NCBI RefSeq assembly: GCF_036321535.1
Contig: NC_087436.1
Location: 86,864,001-86,928,000, forward strand
Reading direction: 5' to 3'
DNA: 64,000 nt
Source of the DNA: Camelus dromedarius
Taxonomy: Eukaryota
Each line of letters opens with the position of its first letter. The stretch's first letter is position 1. This document shows positions 48,263 to 62,131 of this stretch, in pieces. The notes beneath the pieces are model-generated. The model was not told the DNA's origin and made no database searches. It worked only from the letters and a program-made list of their open reading frames with translations. The translations under genes were made by a program, and so were the position numbers.

Positions 48263-50002
48263 AGAAGGATTTGATTTCTAAAGACAGACTTTTACTTGGC
48301 CACAGTAGACATGCCCCTTAGTAAGTGTGTTGAAAATCACATGTCCTGAGAAGTAGGGTTTATGTTTACAGTTAGCTGCTGAAGAGAATGTTTACTCTAC
48401 ATCTCAGGCTCAGAAGTGATAGGATAGTGAGGCAGCGGTGATTCAGTCCTGTAGAGTGGGCTGGGATACCCCAGTGTGTACTGGAAGAATTGAACTGACT
48501 TCTAAATGTGCTTAGCCTATCGTGGAATTAGGTTAATTTAATTTGGCTTTTACAATGAACCCGCAAACAGTATTGCTCTTACATTATTCGAGTTTATAGC
48601 CTTGTTTTACTTGTTACTGGGTGGCAGAAATTATTTTATGTCTTGTGCACATTTTGTGGTTGATGAGATTTAGTTAAAAAGTATTATTGACAACAAGCAA
48701 TTAACCAATATAAGAATTCTACTTTGTATGTAATTCTGTAATTTTACTAATCTTAACTGTTGACAGAATCAAGAAAGCAACACTTTTCCTGTGCTAAAAA
48801 TGTAATCATGTTATTATCACCCAGCTACAAGTGATAGAACCAGGGTGGGAACCCAGGTTGTTCCGAATCTGGAGTCCATGCTTAAAACCTGCCACAAGCT
48901 CACTCCCATAGCCATGACATTTATTATATTCTGTAACTTGCACTTGCTTACACTTACTGTTTTATGCCATACATGTTCTCAACCATTCCATCATGTGCTT
49001 ATTTTCTGAACCGTGACTTAACATTTGGTTAATATTGTAGATAGTACTCGTACTTTTTAATCTGTCTCTAATAGCTACTGACAGATGTTTCCTCGTACCT
49101 TCCTATTTTCGTACCTGTATCCTCTTTGTTTCTCCATTGCTATAAAGACATTAAAATATTATTTCTAGTCTTTGAAATCTCCTGGTTGTCTAGCTTTCTG
49201 AAACAGGAGTATCAAACTTAAATTCTTTGTATTTCAATAATATTTCTTGACAATAATTGCCCTGTATTTAAAAGTCACATTTCCCTTTATTTGTTAAATA
49301 TATAATTTACTTTTGGCAATTTCTTTCATTTCTCCCCCTTCTTCCCTTTTTTGGAAAGGGCAGTGAGAAAGTGTGATTGGCAAAACAAAACAAAAATTAA
49401 GCACCGTCAGCGGCAGCATACTATTTTCTTTTTAATAGATACTTTTGAGGAGAGTGGTGGGCAAAAACTTTCTTTTCTACTCACACAAAATAGCAAGGGT
49501 TGGCTCTCAGGGAGGGTGTCAGGGATGGGAGCTGTAAAAAGAAAATCATTCTGGCCTGAATGTGTCTGTCAGTGTTGTGCTTTCTCGGTCTTGCTAAGTT
49601 CAAAGAGAGTATCGATTTCCGTATGTGTGAGTATTTGCATGGCAGTCACAAGAGAAAACAAAGGAAAACCATTTGAACTTTCTTCAGAGAGTGAAATCAA
49701 AACACTGGTTTTAAAGATCTGTGCAAACTTGGACTGTCATCATACAGGGAGGTGTATCAGAAAAAGCATAGGCTGAGATGCAGAAATCCTTGATTCAAAA
49801 GCCTGTCATTTCCTAGCAGGGTGTGTTAGTGGGTGAATCACCATCTTCGAACCTTGATAATAAACATAAGTGTCACACTGACCTCTCATGATTTTGCTGA
49901 GAATAAAATGATGTGTGTGAGCTAATTTTCGATCCATTTATAATAGGTCATTTTTTTTCCCATGGCTGTTATTATTTTGATAGCATCTTATTGTCACATA
50001 GG

Positions 50003-50241
50003 GCATTGCTTCCCAACCTTTTTCCTATTGTGATGCACGCAGACAATAGAAATGTTTGCATAGTCTACTGAGGTAAGTGGATGGGACTGGTGTGGTCAGA
50101 GGCAACGGGGAGGGGGTGGGGGTCCGACCACTCTAGGCGCTACCCAGGCGACCTGTGAACTGAGGGGAAGCGGCAGCTTGGCACACCTGTAACCTATTAA
50201 GGCAAATCAGTGCTCTAAGGCATGTCGGCCAGAAGGCTCTG
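50003..50241. mobile_element. Probable old hAT-Charlie-type MITE
   Basis: gcttcccaacctttt...ggcacacctgtaaccta...gaaggctctg; degenerate terminal motifs. Confidence 0.45.
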
Positions 50242-50574
50242 GAATCAGGAAATAAAGAAAAATACAACTTGAGTATGATTTTTGACACCCAAAACTATTT
50301 TGGAAAAATTTCTTTTGGGTGAATGATTTTTATATTATTCATTCCTTTGTTTCCCTGAATTTTTATATTGTCTTTAAAGAACAAGTCAGTAGGGATTAGA
50401 TCTGTTTTGTTAGGTTTAGTATAAAGCCAGGGGGTAAATGATTAAAAATATCTAAAAATTCTATCATTAAAGATAGAGGCATGATGATACTATGGAAACT
50501 AATTTATATTTATTAGATTCTCATTTTACTTCTGTTGATAATTTGGGATTACCAGTTACAGTATTACTGCATTA

Positions 50575-51050
50575 AGATTGTACCTGGATATATGTAATGG
50601 AAAATTTACCAGGTTAACTTACATAATAAATAAAAATAACTTTTTTTTTCTCAGCAGGAGGTTCAGAGACAGGACTCATGATCCTTCTGGCTTCTTTCCT
50701 CCCTCTCTCTCTCTCCCTCCCTCCCTCCCTCCTTCCCTTCCCTCCTTTCAGTGTAGTTGCAACATCGTAGCCATGGGGTAGATATTTCTCTTTGATGTAT
50801 TGTGTCCCTGCCTCAGGCAAGGAAGAGGACGAATGATAGTAAAAGAGAAATACTAGTGGAGTCTGCCCTTTCTTATATCAGGAAAACAATAGCTTTCTGT
50901 AGAACTGGGTTTCATGATCACCTCTGGCTACCAGAGAATCTAATGAGTATTTTTACCTGGGCATGTATTTGTTATGAACAAAGTCGGGGTTCTGTTAGAA
51001 GAGAGAAGGTGAGAATGAGCATTAGGTAAGAAACTTGAGTTTGCTGCAGT
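50575..51050 (-). mobile_element. Old MaLR LTR (MLT1I/J-like) with an internal (CCCT)n tract at about 50697-50745
   Basis: tttttacctgggcatgtatt...aacaaagtcggggttctgttagaagagagaaggtgagaatgagcattaggtaag. Confidence 0.55.
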
Positions 51051-51301
51051 TATCATTATAGGCTTCCCTGACAGGGGAAGTTCTGGGGCAAGATAATATA
51101 CTGTGAGGTGGAGTGCTGCCCAGGGTGCTTTAGCTTTACAGTTACAGTATTGATATTCTTGTACAATATATACTGAAATAACACGCTATTGTGTGATAGC
51201 ATCATTTGATTTATATCGCAAGTATTTTAAATTTGTCAGTATTTATTCAACATGCCTATGCACCTGGCATTATCCTAAGCTCTCTAAGGATTGAAACCCT
51301 G

Positions 51302-51560
51302 GGGGCAGCGGTAGTTGAGTGTAAAGGCTCTGAGCAGAGGATCTGGAGTCAGGTGGATCTGGGTTCTAGTTCTGACTCTGGATCATAGTAGTTGTGGGAT
51401 CTTGAGTAAGTCATTTAACTTCACTGATTCTCAGTTTCCTCATGAATAAAATGGACATAGCAATAGTACCAAACTCATGAGATAAAATAGTTTATCAAAC
51501 TGCTTGGCACAGATCATGGCATATAATGTGTTGTCAGCATATGTTATTTATGTCACCATC
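51302..51560 (+). mobile_element. MIR SINE
   Basis: tctggagtcaggtggatctgggttctagttctgactctg...cttgagtaagtcatttaacttcactgattctcagtttcctcatgaataaaatgg. Confidence 0.85.
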
Positions 51561-52754
51561 ATTATTTTATCATTACTGTTACTTTATTATTACCATCGCC
51601 ATTATCATCAGCAGGCAATATCTCTCTTTAAAGTGCTTACAGTTATTTTAGGGACAAGAGGAATACAGAAAACACTGCAGAATAACAGAATATTATATCA
51701 ATATAATGACACATCCAAAAATGTGTGAATTTGAATGCTATGATGACTCAGTATTAAATGACGTCTATGAACAAAAAATTTCAAGTTACCGTATGTACTC
51801 GGTCTGGCCAAGTAGAATCCTATATAGACAAGAATTGGGGAAATATCAGGTAATAACAGCATTATAATATCAGATAATCCTGATTAATACTATAGTGTTC
51901 AAAGTACTTTCATATACAATATCTTCTTTGATCTGAAAAGAATATATAAGTTTGAGCCATGAATTTACACGTCTAAAAAATATACCCCAAATATCTGAGC
52001 TCAAATGAAATATATCTATAATGCTAAGTTCTCTTTGAGACAATTTATTCAAAATATACTGCTAGTTTTTTGGACATGGTTTGGGACAGAGAATATGAAA
52101 TTGTATTTAACATTGAAAATAGAAGAGTTATAGTTTTCAGCGTTTTTCTACTTTTTCCATAGCAAGTCCCTCTCTAATAAACCTTTTGTCCTTAGGTGAA
52201 ACCCAGGTACATTTTTGAGAGGTCCCGTAGTTGCCTGGGTTTTCATAATAGTTATAAGATTTCATATGGCATATATTATTATGTTTTATGGATGGAAAAG
52301 TTCTCAATGATTATCCATTCTGAGAAATGAGACATGAGAAAATCAAGGTCCCCCAAAGATTGACCAATTTGCCTCAGATTACCAATCAATAGCCTATTCA
52401 GTGCAAGGATGGGACTGGAAACTCTGTCTCCTGATTCCCGTCCAGAATTCTCTTTACTAGATTAGTGATCCCCAACCTTTAGCTCATGGATCCCTGGGAC
52501 AATATAGGAGTTGGAACAAAAGGTTCACTTCTCTGTGTGTGCTTTATGCATCATCCAGAAACCAAGTATTACTCTTCACATATAAATATACAAATATTTG
52601 TAGGTGTTATTGTAATTTATAAAATACAAATTTATTTAGAGATATTGCTGAAATTATAGAATTTTTATCCTTTGTATTTTTCAGTTAACAGACACCAAAA
52701 GCATTATTATATGATGTCCTCATACTTTAAAACTTTTTGAAATCATGAGTTGCA

Positions 52755-53122
52755 ATTGGAGACTCACACTCCAGTGCTTACAGGGACCAGCAAGTATTAT
52801 AATAACTAAAATAGGTTAGGTTTTGAAAAAAACAACAATGAAAACGCAATGATAATTAGCAAAGGATATTCAGTCTTAATAAAAGGGGCAATAGGGAGTA
52901 GTGGGGACTGTGTCAAACTGGAGAGCCTGTGATTGTTTCCAGGAGAGCATAAGTGTAATATTGCTAGTCTCTCAAGAAAACAGGAGTCTGAGGGATTTTT
53001 TTTTAATTTGAAATTAACCAAGTTTTAAAAAATTGGCTTATTTTCTAAAATACTGCATGAGTGAAAGAGACCTTATTGAAGGGCCAAATTCAGCCTGTGG
53101 GCTTACAGGTTGCAGTCTTTAT
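52755..53122. mobile_element. hAT-Charlie MITE, MER102-like
   Basis: tgcttacagggaccagcaagt...caatagggagtagtggggactgtgtcaaactggagagc...gggccaaattcagcctgtgggc. Confidence 0.7.
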
Positions 53123-56100
53123 ACTAGATACTGCCTCGGGTACTGATTACAGAGAAAAACTTTTGAATCTCTAACTCTGGAACCTACTAGAAGTCAGAAA
53201 GATCTTCAGGCAGATGAAATGATACACTAAGTTCTAGTAGAAAGCAAAGGAAAGGACCTAGTGACTTCCTTTTTCATCTTCTTTTAACCAAAAAGAAAAA
53301 AATCAGATTTGTTTACATTTAATCTGGCATAAGTTTACCAATGAAGTAGCGTAGGTTTTCCTTCCAAACAGACTCTGTAAAGCTACCATCTAAGTGGAAG
53401 TAGACTTCTCACAGAACTCTGACTATTGGGCAGAAAGTGCTAGGAGGCGACTAATATTAGGATGACATCTCAGGAAAATAAAGTCAGCTGGGAAGTCTCT
53501 CTTACCTGCATGAGAAGAGCTTCCCAGCACAGGGAACTGACATTGGGACTTAAGTGTCAGTAGGGATGTTACTAAGACATTTTAGGGCTTTAAAATATTA
53601 CAATGTGAAAAGTCAGTTTTGTGGGAGGGGTGGTGCCTAAGTTCTCAAATCTCATGAAGATAGTATTTTTCTAGCTACATCTATAGTCATGCTTCCTTTG
53701 CTATGTAATTCCTAAGACTTTGGCATAAAATAATGGCAGGATTCCTGTTACTCTAACTGGAATAATCAGAACTTCACATTAATTGGTATAAAATGTATAA
53801 ATTATCTTCATGATAGACCATGATTTTTAAAATCATCTTCAACTTTTTTAAAGTTTTAATTTTAAGGGATCTTTTCCCTAAGTTTTTTCTTTTCTATTCC
53901 TTCTCACTTTGTCTATTGTCCTGTTTAAGTTAAACCATGTACAACAAATGAGGAAAGGCAGGTCCAGTTTGGAAAGTACTGTTCTTAAGGACACTGAAGG
54001 TAAGAATAGTGAGCTCTCAACTGGCATCCACTTGCATTCTCTACTGGACATCTAAACAGAGGACTCTGAATGAGGAAGGAGTTGAGAATTTGTTTTCAGT
54101 GGATTTGTGGAAAGCATCTTATGGTGCTTTTAGGTCTGCTTTCCAATGGAAGGCATATATACACCCTTATCCTTAGAAAAACAAAGCCACATTCTACAAC
54201 CAAGAATAAAAATCTATTTGCAATGATTTGTTTATGACAGCTTTCCTCTTTTCAAAAAGTTCAGGTAAATGTAGGCCATATAAAAATTATTATTGCTATT
54301 CATGGCTGCCACTTTATTATGAAAACTTTCATCTCCATCAGCACAAGACATAGACATTTTATTATGTTAGTAGAGGTTTGTCTTTCAAACAAAGCATTTT
54401 TCATCGTTGGTCAAGTACTTTTCCCAGCCTTGTAGAAAGTCAGTCTTCTTTGTAAAATATGAAGTACTAACCAACAGAGAGTTGTAAAAGATGAGGAACT
54501 AATGAGAGTTTCTCCTCATATACTTCCTTCACTCTACTGCTGTGCCTTCTTTACTCACCTCACAGCTTTCCTTCAGTAATTCGTCAACTTTCAGAGTAGG
54601 CATTTCTGCAGATTTCTGCTCCAAAGGGCACTATTTCAATTGGAAACCAGTTTTCAGGATTTCAGAAATCTTTCCCTTGAAAATTTGTTCCTTGAACCTT
54701 GAGCATCAACAATGACAAGGATGTTGCTGTGGTAACCAGGAGAGTGATCCTGAAAGTTCATTGCCAGCCTTCATGTTCCCCAGACTTGTATGAAAACTCT
54801 AGCTCACTACAGTAAATGACAAGAGTCCAGGACCATGACAGCAGAACCCACTCACTCAGCTGAAAGAGGACTTCAGGAGGAACAGAAAAACTCACTTCAG
54901 AAAGGATTCTGCCGCATCTCTTGGTTCTAATTTATGGATTCTCAGTTATTGTGGTGTTCCAGAATTAGACTTTTCATTAAGGAATATACCTTCATTTCTA
55001 GTGTTTCAGGTTTCTTGTTTCAGGGCTGCCAAAACAAAACAAAACAACAGCTTTAAAGACTTGTTTTCCGTTATGGTTTGCAACACTGTTTGGTATAATA
55101 GGGTCTATTTTTTCTCTTGATTTCTAAGATTTCTGCTGGAAACTCTGATGAAGAACATATGTCTGCCCTAAATCACTCCCATGAGAAATGTTGGAACTGT
55201 TACATTTAGTTTTACTGTCCAACATATTAAAGTAGTTAACCACAGCACATATTACAAAATGGCTATATCAAGCAAAGTTTAAAATGTTTAGTTCATATTT
55301 AAAATATATCACTAGCTGCATAGAAAAATATTGAGAGCTACCTATTAAGGTAGCTAACCAGTTAAGTAATTTTGCAAAGATATTAATGGATCACTACAGA
55401 TTATTTTCTCAAATACTTCATTTTTCCATGCCAGATCATAAAAACGATCATTCTTAACTAAGGCACTGAAACAGATCTTCTTGCAGTGATATTTATATAT
55501 GTACAACTGCACGAGACAGACTGCCCGTGTCACTAATTTTTATGTCTGCACATGATGCCAATAGTAATAACTGTGTATGTGACAAAGAGATTAAAAATTG
55601 CTGACTCTTATTAACTGCACACTTGATTTATCAGTTTCTCATGAAAGGGAAGAAATGGAATGCATGGAACACAGGGTAGGTTTCTTAAACACAGAGCTAT
55701 GTATCAAATAGGAGTGACTGAGTAATGTGGTTAAATTTTTACTCCTAAATATGCCAATAGGTGTGTAACCTGAAAGTAAGTCACTTAGCTTGCTTCAGAT
55801 TCAGGATCCTCATCATAAAATGAGAGTCTTATTAGGTGAATCCAAGGTTTCTTCTTTCACTACCATTCTATGGTTCTGGCTTCTTTTGCTTTCTTATTTT
55901 TGTCTGAATCAGTGTATTCCTTTCCCGACCTCTGAATCAGCTCCTCCTCAATACCATGCTGTCTTTTCCAGGATATCACTGTCATCTCAGGAGGGACACG
56001 ATGGAGTCATTGACTCAACCTCATCCCCTAGAGCAGTCGGCTGCTCCTGGCAGCCCATCTCTATTTCCTTTGAGATGCTGTTTACATCTCTCCAAAAATG

Positions 56101-56534
56101 CTCCCTGTTCTCCAGGCACACAGAGGCCCACGGCCTTCTCCCTAAAGTCCCTGGCTCCACACCTGCCCACCCATTCATCCTGCCTGCTGATACCAGGTTA
56201 ATATTCTTAAATTTAATTTTACATTTTATAGCTTTAAAAAGGTTTTTCCTCCACTATTACAGTCATACTTCCTCTTTGTAGAAAATTTGGAAATGTAGAG
56301 AACAATGTAGAAGCCACATGTAAATTTCATTTTACTGAGTTTTGATGAAAAACATATTTGCCATTCTGTCTTTTGTGAATTGTCATGGTCTTTTCCTACT
56401 GAGTTATTAATTTTGTTCTTAATGATTTTAAATTAGAACACTTGTATTATTAAGGTTATTAATACCTAGTCATATATTTTGCTAACATGTCTTCCTAGTT
56501 GGTATTTGCCTTTCATATTTGCTCGTGTGGAAAG

Positions 56535-57020
56535 TATGGAGACAGAGCTATCTGTGTTCAGGAGTTTGGGGGCAGGGGCTCCAACAGTGTGATCAGGACT
56601 CTCTACACCTTCTAAGATTTTCTTTCTTCTAAGTACTGACCTCATTCTTTTCTATCACAACTGCCTCTGTGTGACCTCTCATCCCTCCCAGCCATTCCTG
56701 GCTTACATCATTCCAGAATACCAACCCAGGGGAAAAAGAGAGCTTTTTTTCTTCCGAGGGTTGTAGATCAATCCTAGGAAATGAAACTGACTGACTTCTA
56801 GTCACTGTTTCCAGGGGAAATGGGGTTCTCTTCAGCCAAGCTGAGTCTTGTGCCCATTACTACCTCGGGGAATGGGCAGGAGGGATACGGGGACAAGGAC
56901 TTGGAGAATGGGCAGTGGGCTGTGATTGACAGTCTATCATTGCCATTTAGAATAGAGTGATTCCACAACGGAAGGGGCACTGACATGCAAAAGCTAGATA
57001 GGTCCACCATGAGAACATTC
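56535..57020 (-). mobile_element. Old MaLR LTR (MLT1K/L-like)
   Basis: caggggctccaacagtgtgatcaggactctct...ggcttacatcattccagaataccaacccaggggaaaaagagagc; similar layout to 12065-12575. Confidence 0.5.
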
Positions 57021-59699
57021 ACTAATAAGCCAGTTTTGTTTCTTTATTAAAAAATACATCTTATCTCTTCCCCTTGAGCATGGTATTTTGCCTGTAAATG
57101 AATGAAGATATCATTGGCACCAGAGTAATTGCTTCAAGAGTAGGTATTTGTATACCCCAAATTAACTGTCTGGAATTTTCACTAATGTTTTAGAAAACAG
57201 CATCAGAACAACTGTGGGCTAAGGTCTAAAGCTGCTTTCACCATGTGATTGCCCCTCGACACTCTAGTAGCAGTAATTGTCCTGTCATTGGATGGCTGTG
57301 TAATTATATGTAATTCTTTGAATATAAGCATTAGAAGGGCAGTGATGTCATTTGGATGAATTTTAAAGCTCCGTTCATGTTTATATGTTCCTTAAAATAC
57401 TTGTAATTGTCTTTTTTTCTTGATTACAGAGATGTACTTGTTCATTGTAGAATACTTGGAAGATCTTTTGCTCTTTAATCAACACAGAATCAAATTTAAA
57501 ATTACCTATAAACCCACTACCCAGAAAACTACTGTTAATATTTTGTTGTGTATTTGATGATCTATTGGTAAGCAGACATTCAGTTGGCATATATGCTTCC
57601 CAAGTGAAGATATCGGGTGAGATTTTAAGTGTGTTTTGCAGTTTATCTGTTAAGTCAGTGTCTAGAATAAGGAAGGCACAGGTATAATGTCAACAGATGG
57701 GTTTTTGAAACTAATATTGGAAAGGTAGTTGTTGAGAATGTTGGTGTTGATTCCACATCCCAAGTTCTAGGAGACATTATCCTTCAAAAGTCAAATTACT
57801 CTTAATCAGAATATAAAAGAGAATACTCTTAGCCAAAAAGAGAGGATTATTAGGACGTCAGGTAGGAGGGACACCACTTAGGTAGAAGTAATTGAGCCTA
57901 GAATTTCTGCAGAAGGAAATTAAAGAGACACAATAGGCTCGAGGCTCTGACTTACTTCATTACGTGAGAGTAGAAGATTAGTATTTTAAGAACCAGAAGG
58001 AGAACATATGTGTACAACCATGATGATAGTCATTTGTACTTTGAAATTTAGTTTCAAATGTAACCAAGGATGCAATTCCCACAGAAGCCTGACTTTTTCT
58101 GCCTTCGTGTATTGTCTGTTTATTCTGTCCTTAGCACCTGGACAGAACTGGTCCCAAACGGAATGGTAATTTTCACTGAAGTGTTTAGAAAATGAAGGCC
58201 CCTTTTCTGCTTTTTTTTTTTTTTCTTTCTTTCTTATTAAACACAGGACATATGCCTGCACCTCTTCGTCAGGCTCTTGAGTTGTTGCCAGCCTGACAGA
58301 GAGCCATCTGGGACAGGAAACTGATGGGGTGTATGTTCATTAACAATGTATATTTCCAACGTGTAAAATGCTTTAGGGTTTTAATTTTAGATGCTGTGTT
58401 TTTGTCCAAACTATACTCTAAAATAATTGGACTCTTTATTTCCTTATTTTTGTTGTGGCAGTTAAGAAAAACAGTTAAATCCGATCAACCTGTTATTTTC
58501 ATACAATGATATAGGATTTGGGGTTTACTTTCTGTACGGGTCACCACCTTGCAAAGAATTCAGTCTTTGGCCAAAAAAAGGTTTCTTCATAGTTAAAATG
58601 TGATTGAATACTTCCTCACTGGAAAGGCACGCCCTTTCTGTCAAAGTGCAGGAACAATGCACCATGTAAACAGAGTAAGCAAGAACACTTGAGTTAGAGC
58701 TGACATTATTGGGGGCATCTCTGATGTGTGAGAAGTGAAGCACATGTTTTCATCTTTAAAAAAGCAGAATGCTTTAAAATTTTTTCCTGCAACAGATATC
58801 AAGGCATCATTTTTTTTCTGTGATTGTATCTTTGTTGTTATTTTTAAACGTTAATCTCTCGTTTATCATCCCTCTTCTCTATTTCTGCCTCCTAATCTCA
58901 CACGTCTGAGAGAAGTCAGAAAACTGGTCACCTTGGGAGTTTGCACGCTGTATTCTTAATGATTTCAAATAGTTCTCCTTGAGAATGCAGAAGGCCAGAC
59001 AAAATGACGTCATCTGAGATGAGTACAGCCTTTTATTTTAGAAATGGGTGTTTAATGGCTTTTGACTTGAGAGTGATTATAGCATTTCAGAGCAACAACC
59101 CTTCCAGATATTAGGCTGCAAGTGTTGAAGCTGTTTTATATCAGGGCCACTACACACAGAGTTTAGAATAGAACAAAACTGCCAGGGTTTATTTGTTGGA
59201 ACTTCTTGGTAGGTTATGTACAAATAACAATCAAAATATTAAACCTCTAATTAATTCCTTATTGTTTTTATCTTTGCAATTTTCTCTCGAGCCAATTTAT
59301 GCCTTATATTTATGTAAAATTCAGATTCAACATATGAAAAATCTGGGAAAAAGTTCTGAGAACATAGATATGTTGGCTTTTTGATTGGCTTTTTTAAGGA
59401 CATGGCTCTTGTTTTACAATTTGGCAGTGAAAAATAATCAGTATTTTGTTTATACCATAGAATAGCAAAAATGACCATGATCAGGCTGAAAAAAATCTGG
59501 GTCATTATTCTCCAGGGTAGGGAGGAGCTAGAAATGGTTACCAAGTAATGTGCTACACCCATGATGTCCTCTGTGTCTGGACCAAAGGGACACACCCTCT
59601 GCAATGGACTTTTCAGAGCAAGAGAATGTCATTTTTCCATATCACCTTTTCACTCTGGAGGCCGTTTTATTCTTTTGTACCTTTTGTTCCAGCCATAGG

Positions 59700-60012
59700 C
59701 TTTTTAGTTCCTTAAACACGTTACAATCCATCCAACCAACTCCCCACCCCAGTTCTGTTAACCCCTTCAGAGCTCATATTCAACCCCATGTCCTGGGGTC
59801 AGTCTCCTCTGCCTGTCCACACTAGCTCAGCGCCCTCCTCCCTCATCATACATGTAGTGAACAGTTTATTATGTATTTGTGTGATAATTTGGTTAGTGTC
59901 TGTCCCCCCCAACCCCAGACCATAAACCCCATCAGTTTATCTCAAGCACCGACTATGCTTGGGGACATGTGGAAGGCTCTTAATAAGTACAGTATTTATC
60001 GAATGGATGAGG
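59700..60012 (+). mobile_element. L2 3' end
   Basis: ccccttcagagctcatattcaac...gtgtctgtccccccc...ttggggacatgtggaaggctcttaataagt...gaatggatga. Confidence 0.55.
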
Positions 60013-62018
60013 GAATATGAAAGCTGCTATGGCTCAGCTCCAGTGTTTCATCAGACACTGCAACACAGCAAATATGCTGCAGCTTTACCAGAGGACCTCC
60101 ACTCTGGAGAACAGAAATGCTGGCTGAAGAAGAGAATGGAACATGGAAAGAAGCCACGCCCTGTTAGTGAGAGTTTGGAAATCCCATTGTTTGAAACATA
60201 GTGAAGAAAATATTTCACACAGTGAAAAACGGTATTGGCCATGAGTAGAACTATTATTTTGTATTTTCATATTTTTATGCCCCCAGATTTTAAATTCTGG
60301 AGGTTTCTGGTTAAATTCACTGTTTCTTTCTCCATTTCTCCTTATTTACTTATTTTTTTCCACCTTGATTGTTTTGCCCTTCTTCTCTTTCCTCCCCTTG
60401 TCTTGTTTTCCTGGCCAGCTAGTGAGCCTGCCATTCAGCCACACCTGGAACGCAAAACATTTTTTAACTTAACTTTGAAACCTCAGGCCAGTTCTTCTCC
60501 AACCTGAATATAACCAGGATGAAACCAGCCCCAGAACGTCTGTGGGAGTCCTTTGGCCTGTGGAAAAAACCATGGGAGCTGGAGAGATTCCTCTCAAGGT
60601 GGTGATTCTTGGGAATCCGGCTCTCCCATGCACACAGCTCATTTCTGCAGTTAGGTGGGCCGGTTGCTTATCCCACAGTGTGAGGGGCTTCACAGTACCA
60701 GTTCCATGAAGGCAAGTAAATGTCATGTAAATACCATCATTTGAAAATCAGTATGATATAATCTAATGCATTCAGGCTTTAAATTTTTTTTTTAGATCAG
60801 CTGTTCTTTCTCCTGCCTTCCCTCCTCAGTTCGTTCCTTTCTTCTTTCAGCCAGTTTTTATGAAGGGACAATGTGCCCCTAAGGTGGTGCTGAATTAAAA
60901 GGTGCAGTCGTAGATAGGGTGGGCAAGGTGTGTGTTGTCAGGGAATTCCTTTTAATGGGAGAGGGTCTCTCTTCGATGCTACAGTTCCAGCTGAATCCCT
61001 GCAGTCTCCCCTCAGCCCCCTCAGCACGGTTCCCTCCCTTTATCCACCCTTAACAGGAGGAATGCCGGTCAGCAGGATCCAGCTGTAGCCTCCTGACTAG
61101 TGTTGCTTAGCAAACCTCCCCCAGCCAGCTTCTGTAGTCCTTTCTGCCTGCTCTCCCAAACCTTCCTCTCCCAGCCTGGACAGAACCAGAACCATTTCTC
61201 CAGAAATGTTTTCTAAAATAACTTTTTTTGGCACCACATCTGCCACTCCCACCCTTCTGCTGTCTACCTCCATACCTAATAATCAGGCCCTAAACTGTGG
61301 GAGTCAGTCATGAAGTTAGCATTCCTAGTATTCTGTTAGCTATTCATTGATAAAGAAAAGGCCTAGAGTATACAATGTTTGATATAAAGTGGAGGAGGGT
61401 GTTTGCTCCCAGCCCGGAGTATCTGTCGGCTGCTTACATGTGACCTGGAGCATCGTCGTCAGGCACGTGTGCCCATTGATAGAAACGTGAGCTGGCATCC
61501 TGGCTTCTGAGTTCAGCTTCTCAAACCAGGAGCTGACCAGCCTGAGCACTCTTTGTTTTTCTTACATATAGAAGAATATGTGATAACTTTTTATTCCTAT
61601 GATGGATGGGAAAATTGCAAAAGGCTAGTGATTGAGAATGAGAAAGCTTTAGATCCAGGCATATCATATGCTCAAGAACTCTTAATTTTTTGCTCCTCAG
61701 GGTTTGAATAATTTTATTTTCATCTCTACAATAAAGAATTTTCCAATTGTGCTATATTTTAACATCATTTCCTATGCCTAAAATACACCCCCTGCTCCAT
61801 CCCATTCTTACCAGTAAAAGTCCCACCTGTTCTTTCTTATTCCTTCTCTAATCATTCCAGCCCACAGTGACCCCATGCCTCAGTATAAGTTTTTGACAGT
61901 CCCAGGGCACTTATATTTCTGTTGCCTCATATGGTTGATATTTGCACATGTGTGTTCTTCCTACCTGGTGATCTTAGACAGGTTACTTATTCTCTCTTTG
62001 CCTCCACTAGTCCATCTT

Positions 62019-62131
62019 CTTTTATTTATGTATTTACTTACTTACTTGGTTACTTACAGAGGTACTGGGAATTGAACTCAGGACCTTGTGCATGCTAAGC
62101 ACATGCTCTACCACTGAGCTATACTCCCCCC
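62019..62131 (-). mobile_element. Camelid tRNA-Ala-derived SINE (vic-1-like) inserted in a plus-strand MIR (about 61962-62200)
   Basis: Plus strand reads gaggtactgggaattgaactcaggaccttgtgcatgctaagcacatgctctaccactgagctatactcccccc, the reverse complement of the SINE head; TSD gtccatctt at 62010-62018 and 62138-62146. Confidence 0.92.

Noticed and set aside
49351..49776. 141-aa ORF
   Set aside because: Non-ATG start (TTG), no recognisable domain and no matching splice signals.
55790..56281. 163-aa ORF (the longest in the track)
   Set aside because: Non-ATG start (TTG), starts in a MIR-like remnant, low-information composition and no recognisable domain.
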